From: Verrucomicrobiota bacterium
Lineage (GTDB): Bacteria; Verrucomicrobiota; Verrucomicrobiia; Limisphaerales; JADLHS01
Direction: 5' to 3'
Length of the DNA: 64,000 bases
NCBI GenBank assembly: GCA_025350905.1
Contig: JANXWY010000207.1
Location: forward strand, 7,747-71,746
Below are positions 19,333-29,417 of the stretch, one piece after another. The notes under the pieces were generated by a model. The model had not been told where the DNA came from. It saw nothing but the letters and a program-made list of their open reading frames with translations, and made no database searches. The position numbers were made by a program, and so were the translations under genes. Every line of letters begins with the position of its first letter. The first letter of the stretch is position 1.

Positions 19333-20676
19333 TTACTCATGCCGCAAGGCTTCCACGGGATCCATTTGGGCGGCGCGAATGGCGGGGTAAATGCCAAATA
19401 CGATCCCGACCAGCGCCGAGATGCCGAACGCCAGCACGGGGGACCAAAACGTGATGATCGTTTTCATTCCGGCGGCGTAGCTGACGACGAACGGAATAAT
19501 GACGCCGAGTAATACCCCCAGGGCGCCGCCGGCCCCGGACAAGATCACCGTTTCGACGAGGAATTGGACGATGATATCGCGCCGCCGGGCGCCCAGCGCC
19601 CGACGGATGCCGATTTCACGCGTCCGTTCGGTGACGCTGGCAAGCATGATGTTCATGATGCCGATGCCCCCGACGAGCAGGGAAATCGCCGCGATGGAGC
19701 CGAGAACGATGTTGAAGATCTGCTTCGTGCGTTCGGCTTGGCGGAGCATTTCGAGCGGGATGTCGATCATATAGTCCTTCTTCTTGTGGTTCCGCTCCAG
19801 CACCTCCTTGATGGCTTCCGCCACGCTGAGCACATTTTCCAGGGTCTCCACCTTGATCGTCACTTCATGCAATTGCACGCGTTCGGCTTCAAAGGAACCT
19901 TGGCGGCGGCGCATCAGCACCTCGCCGTAACGCAGCTTGGCGGTTTCAAGGGGAATGTACAAGCGCGGGAGGGACGACTTGTTGGCCTCGGCGCCCGCGT
20001 CCTTGGCCGCCACCACCGTGCGTGGTTCCATGATGCCGATGACTTGATAATAATTTCCCCCGACGCGCACGTGCCGGCCGAGCGGCGAATCGATGGGGAA
20101 CAACGCCGGGGCAATTTCCGCGCCGAGCACGCAAACACTGCGCTGCTCGTCCATGTCGTTGTCGGTGAAAAACCGTCCCGCGGCCACGCGATGATTGCGC
20201 ATCTCGGGATACCACGGAACGGTACCGAACAACTCGCAATCCATGCGGCGGCTGATATTCCAAACGTATTCGCGAATATTGCGCCCGGGCAGGACGACGG
20301 TGACCCCGGGGATCGTCGCCCGGATGCGTTTCACGTCGGCGTAGGTGATGCCGTATTGGAGCACGAAACTTTGGTTCCCTTTGTCGGACGGTTTTTGCTC
20401 TTCCGGCGGTTTGACACTCCGGAGGATAATGTTCTGGCTGCCGAGGGTTTTGATGGATTCCTGGGCCTCGTAGCTCGCGCCCTCGCCGATGGCCAGCATG
20501 GCGATCACCGAACACACGCCAAACACAATGCCCAACATCGTCAACAACGACCGCAGGCGATGCAGCCAAAGGCTGCGCACCCCGAGCCGCACAGCGCGTT
20601 TGAGCCGGACGAAGGACAGCCCGCGAAAGGCGTCCCCCAGCGCGACCATAAAATTATCTTCGGACATCGCTTTCAA
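19333..20676 (-). CDS. MacB-like ABC transporter permease (MacB periplasmic domain + FtsX)
   Basis: 447 aa. N-terminal TM, large periplasmic domain, C-terminal FtsX-like TMs ([17 protein letters not shown]). Confidence 0.85.
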   Translation of the reverse strand: MKAMSEDNFMVALGDAFRGLSFVRLKRAVRLGVRSLWLHRLRSLLTMLGIVFGVCSVIAMLAIGEGASYEAQESIKTLGSQNIILRSVKPPEEQKPSDKGNQSFVLQYGITYADVKRIRATIPGVTVVLPGRNIREYVWNISRRMDCELFGTVPWYPEMRNHRVAAGRFFTDNDMDEQRSVCVLGAEIAPALFPIDSPLGRHVRVGGNYYQVIGIMEPRTVVAAKDAGAEANKSSLPRLYIPLETAKLRYGEVLMRRRQGSFEAERVQLHEVTIKVETLENVLSVAEAIKEVLERNHKKKDYMIDIPLEMLRQAERTKQIFNIVLGSIAAISLLVGGIGIMNIMLASVTERTREIGIRRALGARRRDIIVQFLVETVILSGAGGALGVLLGVIIPFVVSYAAGMKTIITFWSPVLAFGISALVGIVFGIYPAIRAAQMDPVEALRHE

Positions 20677-21340
20677 TCTCGCCGTCGCGGAGGCGGAGAG
20701 TGCGGTGCGCGCGCTGGCCCACGCCCGGGTCGTGCGTGACCAGGATGAGTGTCTTGCCCTGGTTGTGCAGCTCGTCGAACAGCTTCATGACTTCGGTGCC
20801 GGAGGCAGAATCGAGATTGCCGGTCGGTTCATCGGCGAGGATCACGAGCGGTTCGTTCACCAGCGCGCGCGCAATCGCGACCCGTTGCTGCTGGCCCCCG
20901 GAAAGCTCGAACGGTTTGTGATCCAATCGTTGCTCCAGGCCAACGCGGGCGGCCATGCGACACGCCATCGCCCGGCTCTGCGCCTCGGGACGATCCTGAT
21001 AATAAAGCGGAATCTCGATGTTCTCCACCACCGTGAGTTGCTGGATGAGATTATAGGATTGAAAGACGAACCCCAGCCGCGCGCCGCGCACCGCGGAGAG
21101 GGCATCATCGTTCATCTGCGAAACGTCTTCGCCACCGAGCCGGTAATGGCCGGAGGTCGGGCGGTCCAGGCAGCCGAGCAGATTGAGGAGGGTCGACTTG
21201 CCGCAGCCGGAGGGCCCCATGATGCTGATGTAATCGCCCGCGTGGATTTCAAACGTGACGCCCCGGAGCGCCTGCACCGTGACCGGCCCCATTTGGTAGG
21301 TCTTGCGGACATTCTCGAAATGAACAATCGGTGCGGGCAT
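20654..21340 (-). CDS. ABC transporter ATP-binding protein (MacB/LolD type)
   Basis: [12 protein letters not shown] Walker [16 protein letters not shown] signature, [11 protein letters not shown] Walker B. 23-nt overlap with the permease gene. Confidence 0.9.
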   Translation of the reverse strand: MPAPIVHFENVRKTYQMGPVTVQALRGVTFEIHAGDYISIMGPSGCGKSTLLNLLGCLDRPTSGHYRLGGEDVSQMNDDALSAVRGARLGFVFQSYNLIQQLTVVENIEIPLYYQDRPEAQSRAMACRMAARVGLEQRLDHKPFELSGGQQQRVAIARALVNEPLVILADEPTGNLDSASGTEVMKLFDELHNQGKTLILVTHDPGVGQRAHRTLRLRDGEIESDVRR

Positions 21341-21354
21341 GAGCCAAAGGCGAA

Positions 21355-23319
21355 TCAGGTTTTCGCGGCGGTGGCCGGCGCGGCGGCCGGCGTGCCGGGC
21401 GTGGCCGGCTTCTCGTTTCGGTTCTCCGCCGGCTTGGGTTCCTGGCCGTTGCGATTGGCTTCAATGCCGTCCGGCAACCGCAGGAGCACCCGTTCCCCCT
21501 CTTTCACTCCGTGCTTCACGTGGATGAACTCGTCGGTGAACTCCCCAACCTCAAGTTCGCGCCGCTCCGGCTTGAACCCGCCGGCCACGTAACACACCTG
21601 TTTGCCGTTGTCCGGCGATACCGCCTGAAGCGGGATATAAACGACGTCCTCCAGTTTATTCACCATGATTTCCACCTTGGCGGTCATGCCCGGTTTGACC
21701 CATTCGTGGCTGCCATCAATGGTGATGGTCGTGAGGTAGACCTTGATATCCGGACTCGTCCAGCGGTTCTGGGAATCCGGCAGCACGCCCACCTTGGTGA
21801 TATCGCCCGTGAGCGGCTCGTCGGGGAAGGCATCCACGGTGATGCGCGCTTTCAATCCCTTTTTCACCTTCTTGACGTAACTCTCGGGAACTTTCACGTT
21901 CACCGACATGCGGGTCATGTCCGGAATGGTGAGGATCGCCTGCCGTTCGCGAACCGTAGCCCCTTCGCGCACGGGTTCTTCATTCCCGTAAAACATCTGA
22001 TCGCCGCGGCCGCTGCCATAAACCACCAGGCCGGTTTTCTTGGCCAGCAGGGTGCATTTAGCCAGTTGTTCATTGAGATCTTTGCGCTGGCGAAGTTGCA
22101 CTTCGTAGAGGCCCTTGGCCGAGTTCAACCGGGCGCGCGCCTGCGCCAGCTTCGAGATGGCCACGCGCCGCGCTTTGTCCTGTTCCCGCACGGCGTCGGC
22201 GAACTTGGACAGCCACTCCTCGGCGGTCTTGGGAAACTCATATTTCAGGAACAACTCCTGCGCCGTTTCGGCGGTCTGCACCTTTAGCCGGCTGCTTTCA
22301 TGGGAGATTTCATCGCGCACCAGCTCGGTGCGGGGAACGAAGCCTTTCTCGAACAGGCGGCCCGTGCCATCCAGCGCGGTCTTGGCCTGTTCCAATTCTT
22401 TTTTCGTCACTTGCAGATCATCTTCGAACTTGCGCAGCTTCTGTTTTGCTTCTCCATCGCCCAGCACGTCAATATTTGCGTACTTTGAGAAATCTATTAT
22501 CAATCGGTTGGGGGGCTGGGCCGCCTCAGAATCCGCCGGTTTGGGCGCAACGGCCGGAGCTGAGGGGCGGGGGGCCGGCGGCGCCGGGGGCGATGCGATC
22601 AAGGTGATCACCTGGCCCCCCATGTCGGACCGTGCAGCCGCGGCTTGCGGTGGGGGCGCCACCAGACCCGGCGGCGCGGCCGGAACCGACGGCGAGGGCG
22701 ACTTCTCGGTGGACACTTCCTCCGCATGCGTGGTTTCCTCAACGTTGTTGGTCATGGCCGCAGCAATGAGCAGGTCGAGGCCAACCTCAGCGACGATCTT
22801 GGGGGTCAGCGTATCGCCGAGGAACTTGTCAAAGTCCATGCGGGCAAAGCGGGTCTTCTGTTCGGCGGTCTTGATGTCGCTTTCATTCTGGCCCAACTGG
22901 ATTTCGTAGTTCTGCTCGGCATCGGTCAAATTCGCGAGGGCGGACTGGTACTGAATCTCATCCTGCACCATCTGCTTTTGCAACTCCGAGGAATCGAGTT
23001 CGCAAAGCACTTTGTTGGTTTTCACATCCTCCTCGGTCACGAGGTAACCTTCCTCGACGATCCGGAGAATCTTCGTCCCCTGATAACCCCGGACTTCGCA
23101 TTTGATCTCCTGCGATTCGAGGGCCTGCAAGCTGCCGCCTTCGAGCACCGTGATCTCCAGCGGCCCGCGCCGCGCCGCGAAGGTCAGGGCTTTCGAGGCG
23201 GATTTGCCTCGGCCTTGCCACCACCAACTGCCGAGGACGACCACCACGAGCACCGCGATCCCCCAGCGCCAGCGCGAATGGCGGCGGAAAATATTCATCG
23301 GGTTATTGAGCTTTGGCAT
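21355..23319 (-). CDS. MacA/HlyD-family periplasmic adaptor, unusually long (about 654 aa)
   Basis: N-terminal TM (WGIAVLVVVVLGSWWW). Beta-barrel and lipoyl-like segments. A very long coiled-coil with a Pro/Ala-rich insert. Start taken at MPKLNN (23319); 23298 or 23394 are alternatives. Confidence 0.8.
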   Translation of the reverse strand: MPKLNNPMNIFRRHSRWRWGIAVLVVVVLGSWWWQGRGKSASKALTFAARRGPLEITVLEGGSLQALESQEIKCEVRGYQGTKILRIVEEGYLVTEEDVKTNKVLCELDSSELQKQMVQDEIQYQSALANLTDAEQNYEIQLGQNESDIKTAEQKTRFARMDFDKFLGDTLTPKIVAEVGLDLLIAAAMTNNVEETTHAEEVSTEKSPSPSVPAAPPGLVAPPPQAAAARSDMGGQVITLIASPPAPPAPRPSAPAVAPKPADSEAAQPPNRLIIDFSKYANIDVLGDGEAKQKLRKFEDDLQVTKKELEQAKTALDGTGRLFEKGFVPRTELVRDEISHESSRLKVQTAETAQELFLKYEFPKTAEEWLSKFADAVREQDKARRVAISKLAQARARLNSAKGLYEVQLRQRKDLNEQLAKCTLLAKKTGLVVYGSGRGDQMFYGNEEPVREGATVRERQAILTIPDMTRMSVNVKVPESYVKKVKKGLKARITVDAFPDEPLTGDITKVGVLPDSQNRWTSPDIKVYLTTITIDGSHEWVKPGMTAKVEIMVNKLEDVVYIPLQAVSPDNGKQVCYVAGGFKPERRELEVGEFTDEFIHVKHGVKEGERVLLRLPDGIEANRNGQEPKPAENRNEKPATPGTPAAAPATAAKT

Positions 23320-25003
23320 GTTTTGGATCCTCCCATTGACCGTTTTCCTTGATGTAAAGAATGCCCATGTTGTTCCAGAACTGGAGCCGGGCAATGGTAT
23401 GCGTCACCAACGCTTGAATGCGCTGGTTCTGCGAATCATTCAACGCATTCTGGGCGTCCACCTGGTCCTGGGCCTTGGCGCGACCCAGATCGGCCAGGAG
23501 ATTTTGTTCCTCGACGCGCCGCTCGGCGAGCTTGACGCCGATCTCGCTGATCTCGTAATTGCGCTTGGCCTGATCCAGCGTGCGCCAACTATTGCGGACC
23601 TCCAGCTTGATCTCGTCCTCCTGCTGGACGATGGCCCGGGCGGCGCGGTTGCGGTTGATGAGTGAGGAGCGATAGGCGTCGCGCTCGGCCTGGCGGTCCA
23701 AGCCGGGATCCACGACCAGCCCCGCGTCCCAGCGGTAGCGTTGGAGATCCGGGAAACTGAAATTGAGGTTGGGATTGCTGTAGGGACTGATGCTGGCGGT
23801 CAGATCCACGCGGGGCTTCAGGAGATTGACCGCCAAGTCCACCCGGCGCACGGTGTCTTCGAACTGATCCTTGGTGTTCTGGTAATCCAGCCGGGCCGCC
23901 AGCGCGACCTGGATGGAATCGTCCACACTGATCTCCGGATGCCGGATCTGTAACGCGCGCAGGTCATCTTCGTTAAGCACGAGCTGGGTATCCACCGAAA
24001 GTCCCATTTGAATCTTGAACGTGTCGAGGGCCTGTTTGTAGCCGCGCACGGCGTTGATCCAACTGCTCTCGGCGGAAAGCTCCTGTTGTTCCAACCGGCC
24101 CAGGTCCGCCGTCGTCACCCGGCCCTCCTGCGCCAGGGCCCGGGTGCGCTCGGCATTTTTTTGCGAGCTTTGCAGGGTGAGAAAGTTATTTTTCGCCGCA
24201 TCGCGCAGGCCCAGCACGCCGTAATAGGCGGTGGCGATCTGCACACTAAAATCTTTGCGATAGCGCGTGAAATCCCGCAGATCATACAGCAATTGGTGCT
24301 CGGCCGTCAGCAAGGCATCCGTCTCCGCTTTGAATCCGGCATTCTGAAGCAATGGCCGCATAAACGTGGCGCTGAGTTGGGAGGAGGTGGTGAGGCGCGG
24401 ATCGCCCGTCACAAAACGAATGGCATCCGCGGTGATCGCCGCGGTGATCCGGCCCACATCGCGCAGTAGCCAACTGGCGCCGATCGAGCCCGTCCCCGTC
24501 ACTTTGGCCTGCTCCACGAGATTGTCGCTGACGGATGGCAGACCGGTCAGCGCGTCGATGTTCTCCCTTTGCACGGCGTAATTTACGCCGGCCTCGGACG
24601 TGAAGAGGGGCGCAAACTGGTGCCGGGCCAAGGTGAGCGTGAGTCCGGAAAGATACAGCTGCTCCTTGCGGGACTGATAACTCCGGCTGTACTTCACAGC
24701 GAAGTCCAGCGCCTGCTCTAGGTTCAAAACGTACGCGCCGATTTCTTTTTCCCCGTCGGCGCCGAGGAATTTGGGCACGTCCGTGGCCAGGGGCAATCCC
24801 TCGAGTGAAATCGTGTTGGTCTGTTCAATGGTGAAGTGGGGATCCATATCCGGCACCAGGGGGGTCTTGCCTTTGATGGCCCCGTACGCCGCTTGGTCGG
24901 CCGACTTGCGGTAATAATTCGCCGTACAACCGCTCAGCAGGAGCAGCAGCCAAAGCCCCGCTGCCGGCACCCGTCGTGAAAGTTTTTTTCCCACTGGGAA
25001 CAT
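23303..25003 (-). CDS. TolC-family outer-membrane efflux protein
   Basis: 566 aa. Lipoprotein-like signal LLLLLSGCT. Two OEP-type repeats. First gene of the tolC-macA-macB operon. Confidence 0.85.
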   Translation of the reverse strand: MFPVGKKLSRRVPAAGLWLLLLLSGCTANYYRKSADQAAYGAIKGKTPLVPDMDPHFTIEQTNTISLEGLPLATDVPKFLGADGEKEIGAYVLNLEQALDFAVKYSRSYQSRKEQLYLSGLTLTLARHQFAPLFTSEAGVNYAVQRENIDALTGLPSVSDNLVEQAKVTGTGSIGASWLLRDVGRITAAITADAIRFVTGDPRLTTSSQLSATFMRPLLQNAGFKAETDALLTAEHQLLYDLRDFTRYRKDFSVQIATAYYGVLGLRDAAKNNFLTLQSSQKNAERTRALAQEGRVTTADLGRLEQQELSAESSWINAVRGYKQALDTFKIQMGLSVDTQLVLNEDDLRALQIRHPEISVDDSIQVALAARLDYQNTKDQFEDTVRRVDLAVNLLKPRVDLTASISPYSNPNLNFSFPDLQRYRWDAGLVVDPGLDRQAERDAYRSSLINRNRAARAIVQQEDEIKLEVRNSWRTLDQAKRNYEISEIGVKLAERRVEEQNLLADLGRAKAQDQVDAQNALNDSQNQRIQALVTHTIARLQFWNNMGILYIKENGQWEDPKHAKAQ

Positions 25004-25276
25004 TCCGTTAATGGACTGGCACGGCGGACCGGATGTTCATTCTTAGGACGTCGAAACCGGTCATCGGATTAAACCCCGCTTCCGGCGCTCGGTTGCGCAA
25101 TCGGCGATTGAACCCGCCTAGACTAGATTCGACACGCTTCGGACCAAAAGGTCACGCCTAAAGACTGAACGGATCGGAGGGTTCCGCGGCCGCGGACGGG
25201 CGGCCCGCCGGCCTTTCCGGCGGAAGATTACCTCCAGCCTCGACGCCAGTGCCGCCGGTCGGTAGCCTCGTCGCAC

Positions 25277-25930
25277 ATGGATTCAAGTGTGCTCATCGAC
25301 GGACTGATCTATTATCTCGGGCTGGTTGTGCTCCTGACGTTCCACGAATTTGGACACGCGTGGATGGCGGCGAAGTGCGGGGACGACACGGCCAAAGACC
25401 AGGGTCGGTGTTCGCTCAATCCGCTGGTGCATATCGACCCGATTGGAACGGTGGTCATGCCGCTGCTGATGATTTTCCTTTCGCCGGGAGTCGGGCGGTT
25501 CTTGGTGGGTTGGGCCAAACCGGTGCCAGTAAATCCGGCCAACTTGCGCAATCCCCGCGTGGACGACATCCTGATCTCGCTGGCTGGGCCGTGGATGAAT
25601 TTGTTGTTGGCGGTGGTGCTTCTGGGACTGGCGCGAGTAGCGCTCCAGGCGGGTTCCGAAACCACCTTCGTCCTCCTGGCTCAAACGGCCCGCCTGAGCC
25701 TGATGTTGTGTTTTTTCAATCTCATCCCCATTCCGCCATTGGACGGTTCCCACGTTCTGCGAAGTTTGATTGGCATGAGCTATGAAACCTACTACCAATT
25801 TGCCCGCTACGGCTTCATCGCGGTGATCATTGTGATCCAACTACCGTTCGTAACCAAGCTGCTCCAGGGCGTCACCAACACTTCCTGGAAAATCATCGGC
25901 AATTGGTTTGGAATTCCAATGCCAATTTAA
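25277..25930 (+). CDS. Site-2 protease family (M50) membrane metalloprotease
   Basis: HEFGHAWMA (HExxH) in TM1 and NLIPIPPLDGSHV as the second metal-ligand motif. Confidence 0.85.
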   Translation: MDSSVLIDGLIYYLGLVVLLTFHEFGHAWMAAKCGDDTAKDQGRCSLNPLVHIDPIGTVVMPLLMIFLSPGVGRFLVGWAKPVPVNPANLRNPRVDDILISLAGPWMNLLLAVVLLGLARVALQAGSETTFVLLAQTARLSLMLCFFNLIPIPPLDGSHVLRSLIGMSYETYYQFARYGFIAVIIVIQLPFVTKLLQGVTNTSWKIIGNWFGIPMPI

Positions 25931-26032
25931 CACCGGCCAGACTCGCCAGGCTTTCCCGCCACGCTCCGGTTCCGGAGCCAGGGGACGATTCTCCGGCTTG
26001 CCGTCGGGCCCGTTCCCTCGTAGAACGAGCGG

Positions 26033-27625
26033 GTGAAAAACTCCGCCGCCCCCAAGTCCACGGCTGTGCTGCCGCCGGGATTGCGCCGTTACCTTTATTT
26101 CACGGCTGCCGTGACGGGCGCCGTCGTTATGATCGTCGAGATTCTCGGCGCCAAAATGCTCTCGCCGTATGTCGGCACGTCGCATTTTGTATGGACGGCC
26201 CAGATCGCCGTGACCCTGGTGGCGCTGGCCTGCGGTTATTATGCTGGCGGCTGGCTGGTGAGCCGCTCGCCGAGCCTGAACCCGCTCTACTGGGCGGTGT
26301 TGGTCGCCGCGGCTTATCTGGCCGGCACTGTGCGCCTGTGCGAGCCGGTCGCGTATTGGTGCCTCGACTTGAGCCGGGACGGCAGTCTCGCCGTCGGTTC
26401 GCTGCTCGCGTCCGCCTTGCTGTTCTTTGTGCCGCTCGCGCTACTGGCCATGGTCGGGCCGTTCTTTATTCAGGTCCTCACCTCGACGGTCGCGGGGGTG
26501 GGCGGCAACGTGGGCCGGCTCACGGCCATCAGCACGCTCGGCAGTTTTAGCGGCACGATTTTGATCGGCTACTTTCTGGTACCGTTCCTGCCGAATTCAC
26601 AGACGATGTTCCTCACTGCCCTGCTGTTGATGCTGGTTTGCGCCGGGTATCTGTTGGGCTGGGGCCGCAAAGACTCCACGCCGGGCCTGGCCGCGCTGGT
26701 CTTGCTGGCGGGCGCCGGTGCCGGCGTGGCCGGCGTGGAGCACGACCGCTTTCAACATGCAATCCTGGTGGAACGGTTTCGCGGGAACTCCAACTTCGGC
26801 CGGCTGCAGGTCCTCGGTTACAAAGACAGCCGGCAGCTTTATTATCTGAACGACTTCCTCTGTCAGAACACCTACGACGCCGCCACCGGCAAGAGCCTCT
26901 CCATGTTCACCTACGCGCTGCACGACTTCGCCCGCGCCTACACCACGAACCTCGCGGACGTGCTCTGCATCGGCCTGGGCGTGGGTGTCGTGCCGATGGA
27001 GTTCGCGCGCGAAGGCGTGCGCGTGGATGTGGTGGAAATCAATCCCGCCGTGGTCCCGGTCGCGCAGCAATTTTTCGATCTGCAGCCCGAGCAACTGCAC
27101 CTCGTGATCGGCGACGGGCGATACTTTGTTAACCGTTGCCAGAAGCAATACGACGCCGTGGTGCTCGACGCTTTTCTCGGCGACTCCAATCCCTCCCACC
27201 TGATGACCCGGGAGGCGTTTGCGGGCGTGCGGCGCGTATTGCGGCCCGGCGGCGTGCTGGTCATAAACTGCTTCGGCAAATTCGCGGCCGGCCAGGATTA
27301 TTTCACCGCGTCGCTGGACAAAACTCTGCGCGCGGTTTTTAGCAGCGTGGTGATTCACGCCGCCCCCCAAGGGAATACTTTCTTTGTGGCGCGCGACGGG
27401 TCGGAGTTAAAGCTCCTGCGCGCGCCCGATTTGGACCGCGTCCCACCCATCGCCCGGAGCCAGGTGAAATCGGCTTTCGACACGCTCCACTCGGTTGATT
27501 CCCAGCATGGTCGCGTCTTGACCGACGATTTCAATCCGGTTGATTTCTTCGACGCGGCCAATCGCGAGGCAACCCGTCGCTCCCTGGCGATCAGCATGAA
27601 ACCGCCCGATCCGGGCGACCGCTAA
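26033..27625 (+). CDS. Polytopic membrane domain fused to a spermidine-synthase-like (class I SAM-fold) domain
   Basis: GTG start. About 7 TM helices, then VLCIGLGVGVVPMEF...VDVVEINPAVV...GDGRYFV...YDAVVLDAF. Confidence 0.8.
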   Translation: MKNSAAPKSTAVLPPGLRRYLYFTAAVTGAVVMIVEILGAKMLSPYVGTSHFVWTAQIAVTLVALACGYYAGGWLVSRSPSLNPLYWAVLVAAAYLAGTVRLCEPVAYWCLDLSRDGSLAVGSLLASALLFFVPLALLAMVGPFFIQVLTSTVAGVGGNVGRLTAISTLGSFSGTILIGYFLVPFLPNSQTMFLTALLLMLVCAGYLLGWGRKDSTPGLAALVLLAGAGAGVAGVEHDRFQHAILVERFRGNSNFGRLQVLGYKDSRQLYYLNDFLCQNTYDAATGKSLSMFTYALHDFARAYTTNLADVLCIGLGVGVVPMEFAREGVRVDVVEINPAVVPVAQQFFDLQPEQLHLVIGDGRYFVNRCQKQYDAVVLDAFLGDSNPSHLMTREAFAGVRRVLRPGGVLVINCFGKFAAGQDYFTASLDKTLRAVFSSVVIHAAPQGNTFFVARDGSELKLLRAPDLDRVPPIARSQVKSAFDTLHSVDSQHGRVLTDDFNPVDFFDAANREATRRSLAISMKPPDPGDR

Positions 27626-27638
27626 GCCGTAGCCATGC

Positions 27639-27773
27639 CGTAGGACAGGCGTCGCGCCTGTCTCTAATCGCGTCTGGAAGGGTTCTCCTCAATGCTTATC
27701 GAGCGAGCGCAACGCTCACCAAATAGTGAGGCCGGGGGATGAATATGCAGACAGGCGCGACGCCTGTCCTACG
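27639..27773. repeat. REP-like element: perfect 25-nt inverted repeat whose arms are themselves hairpins
   Basis: CGTAGGACAGGCGTCGCGCCTGTCT at 27639-27663 and its exact reverse complement at 27749-27773. Each arm contains GACAGGCG/CGCCTGTC. Lies between convergent genes. Confidence 0.75.
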
Positions 27774-27825
27774 CCACTGATCGTGACTTCGCCGACATTT
27801 GCAGTTGCATTAATGCGGCTAAGGC

Positions 27826-29415
27826 TCACTTGGGCGACGCCGGAGATTCACCGATCGGCAGCGGCTTCATCGTCAGCGGGTCGCGCAACGGCAGTTCGGT
27901 GAATTTTCCACCGACCAGATTCGTGAAAGCCACCGGATGGGCCGGGTCGCCTTTAAGAATGTCGGCTTTCGCTCCAACCCCGAGGATCACCAGCCGGTCC
28001 GGCGTCAGATATTTTTTGGCGACGCGCTGCACGTCCTCGCGGGTCACAGCCTGGATACGGGGAACTACCTGCTGCCAGTAATCCGGATCGGTGCGGTAAC
28101 GCCCGGTGAATTCCTCGGCCGCCAGTACGCCCGCCACTTGGGCCTTGCTCGCAAAACTCCGCGGCAACCGGTCAATGAATCCCTTCTTTGCGTTCTCCAG
28201 CTCTTCGACGGCGACCGGCTCGGCGGCCATGCGCTTCATTTCCTCAATGACGATGGCAGTTGCATACGCCACCGTTCGGGACTTGGACTGAAAGCTCGCC
28301 GTGAACGCATACGGAAAATAAACGCCGCCTGGAAAGCTCGAGCCCGCGGAATAGGCGAGCCCTTCGTCGGAACGCACCCGGTTTACAATGCGCGAGCTAA
28401 AGCCGCCGCCGCCCAGGATGTCATTCATGATGATGAGGGGGAAATAATCCGGGTTATTCCGCATAATGCCGGGAAGCAGCAGCTCCACCCGGCCCTGGTT
28501 CACTTCCTTGTCCACGAGGTATACCCCCGCGGCGGCCATGGTGATGTTGGTCGGAATGGGCGGCGGCGCGGTGCCGCCCCACGGCCAGTTGGCGAACAGC
28601 GTTTCCAGTTTCTTCACCATCGCGTCCCGGTCAAAGTCGCCACTGGCCGCCACCACGAAGTTCGACGGCCAGAACCATTGCTTGTGGAAGGCGAGGAGGT
28701 CATCACGTGTGATGGCCGCGACTGACGCCGCGGTTTGATGTCGGTTGTCCCAGAAGTTTTCCCCGTAAGCGAGGAAGCCGGCTTCCTGGTGTTCGATGTG
28801 GGAGGATTCATCATTGCGCTGTTGCATGTCCTGCAACATGTGCTGTTTTTGCAGTTCAATGCGATCCGGCTGAAACCGTGGACTGGTCAAGACTTCGCGC
28901 AAAATCGCCAAACCTTCGTCGAGGTCCTTGGCCAGCAAATTCAAACTCACGGAGCCTTGGGCGCCTTGGATGCCCGAGCTCAGAGAGGCCGCGAGAAAGG
29001 CGAGGCGCTCTTCCAACTCCGGCGCGGTCCGCGTCTCGGTCCCGGCCCGGGTGAGCAACGAACCGCACAAGTCGGTCAAGCCTTCCTTGCCTTCCGGTTC
29101 GACCCAGTCGCCGGTGTGGATGGAGAGGGCAAGGTTGACGAGTGGCAATTCGTGATCGGGTACGAGGTAGGCAACGGGGCCGGCCGCCAAGAGCACGCGG
29201 TAAAGTTCGGGTTTCGGGGGATGAAACTCCAACGGGGCGAAGCTGAGTTTCTCCGGGCGATCGGGAATGGTGGTATTAGCCGCCGCCGGGCGGACCGCCA
29301 CCGCGCAGGAAGCCGTCGATTTCCGCGACTGGCAGGCCGACAACCCAATTAACAGGGCCATTTGAATAACAAACAATGCTACGCGCCAGCGGTTAGATAA
29401 TTTTAAAGTTTGCAT
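27826..29415 (-). CDS. M16 (pitrilysin) family protein, non-catalytic subunit type
   Basis: 529 aa, signal peptide, M16 fold. The HxxEH position reads GLTDLCGSLLTRAGT, so the zinc ligands are lost. Confidence 0.85.
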   Translation of the reverse strand: MQTLKLSNRWRVALFVIQMALLIGLSACQSRKSTASCAVAVRPAAANTTIPDRPEKLSFAPLEFHPPKPELYRVLLAAGPVAYLVPDHELPLVNLALSIHTGDWVEPEGKEGLTDLCGSLLTRAGTETRTAPELEERLAFLAASLSSGIQGAQGSVSLNLLAKDLDEGLAILREVLTSPRFQPDRIELQKQHMLQDMQQRNDESSHIEHQEAGFLAYGENFWDNRHQTAASVAAITRDDLLAFHKQWFWPSNFVVAASGDFDRDAMVKKLETLFANWPWGGTAPPPIPTNITMAAAGVYLVDKEVNQGRVELLLPGIMRNNPDYFPLIIMNDILGGGGFSSRIVNRVRSDEGLAYSAGSSFPGGVYFPYAFTASFQSKSRTVAYATAIVIEEMKRMAAEPVAVEELENAKKGFIDRLPRSFASKAQVAGVLAAEEFTGRYRTDPDYWQQVVPRIQAVTREDVQRVAKKYLTPDRLVILGVGAKADILKGDPAHPVAFTNLVGGKFTELPLRDPLTMKPLPIGESPASPK

Positions 29416-29417
29416 CG

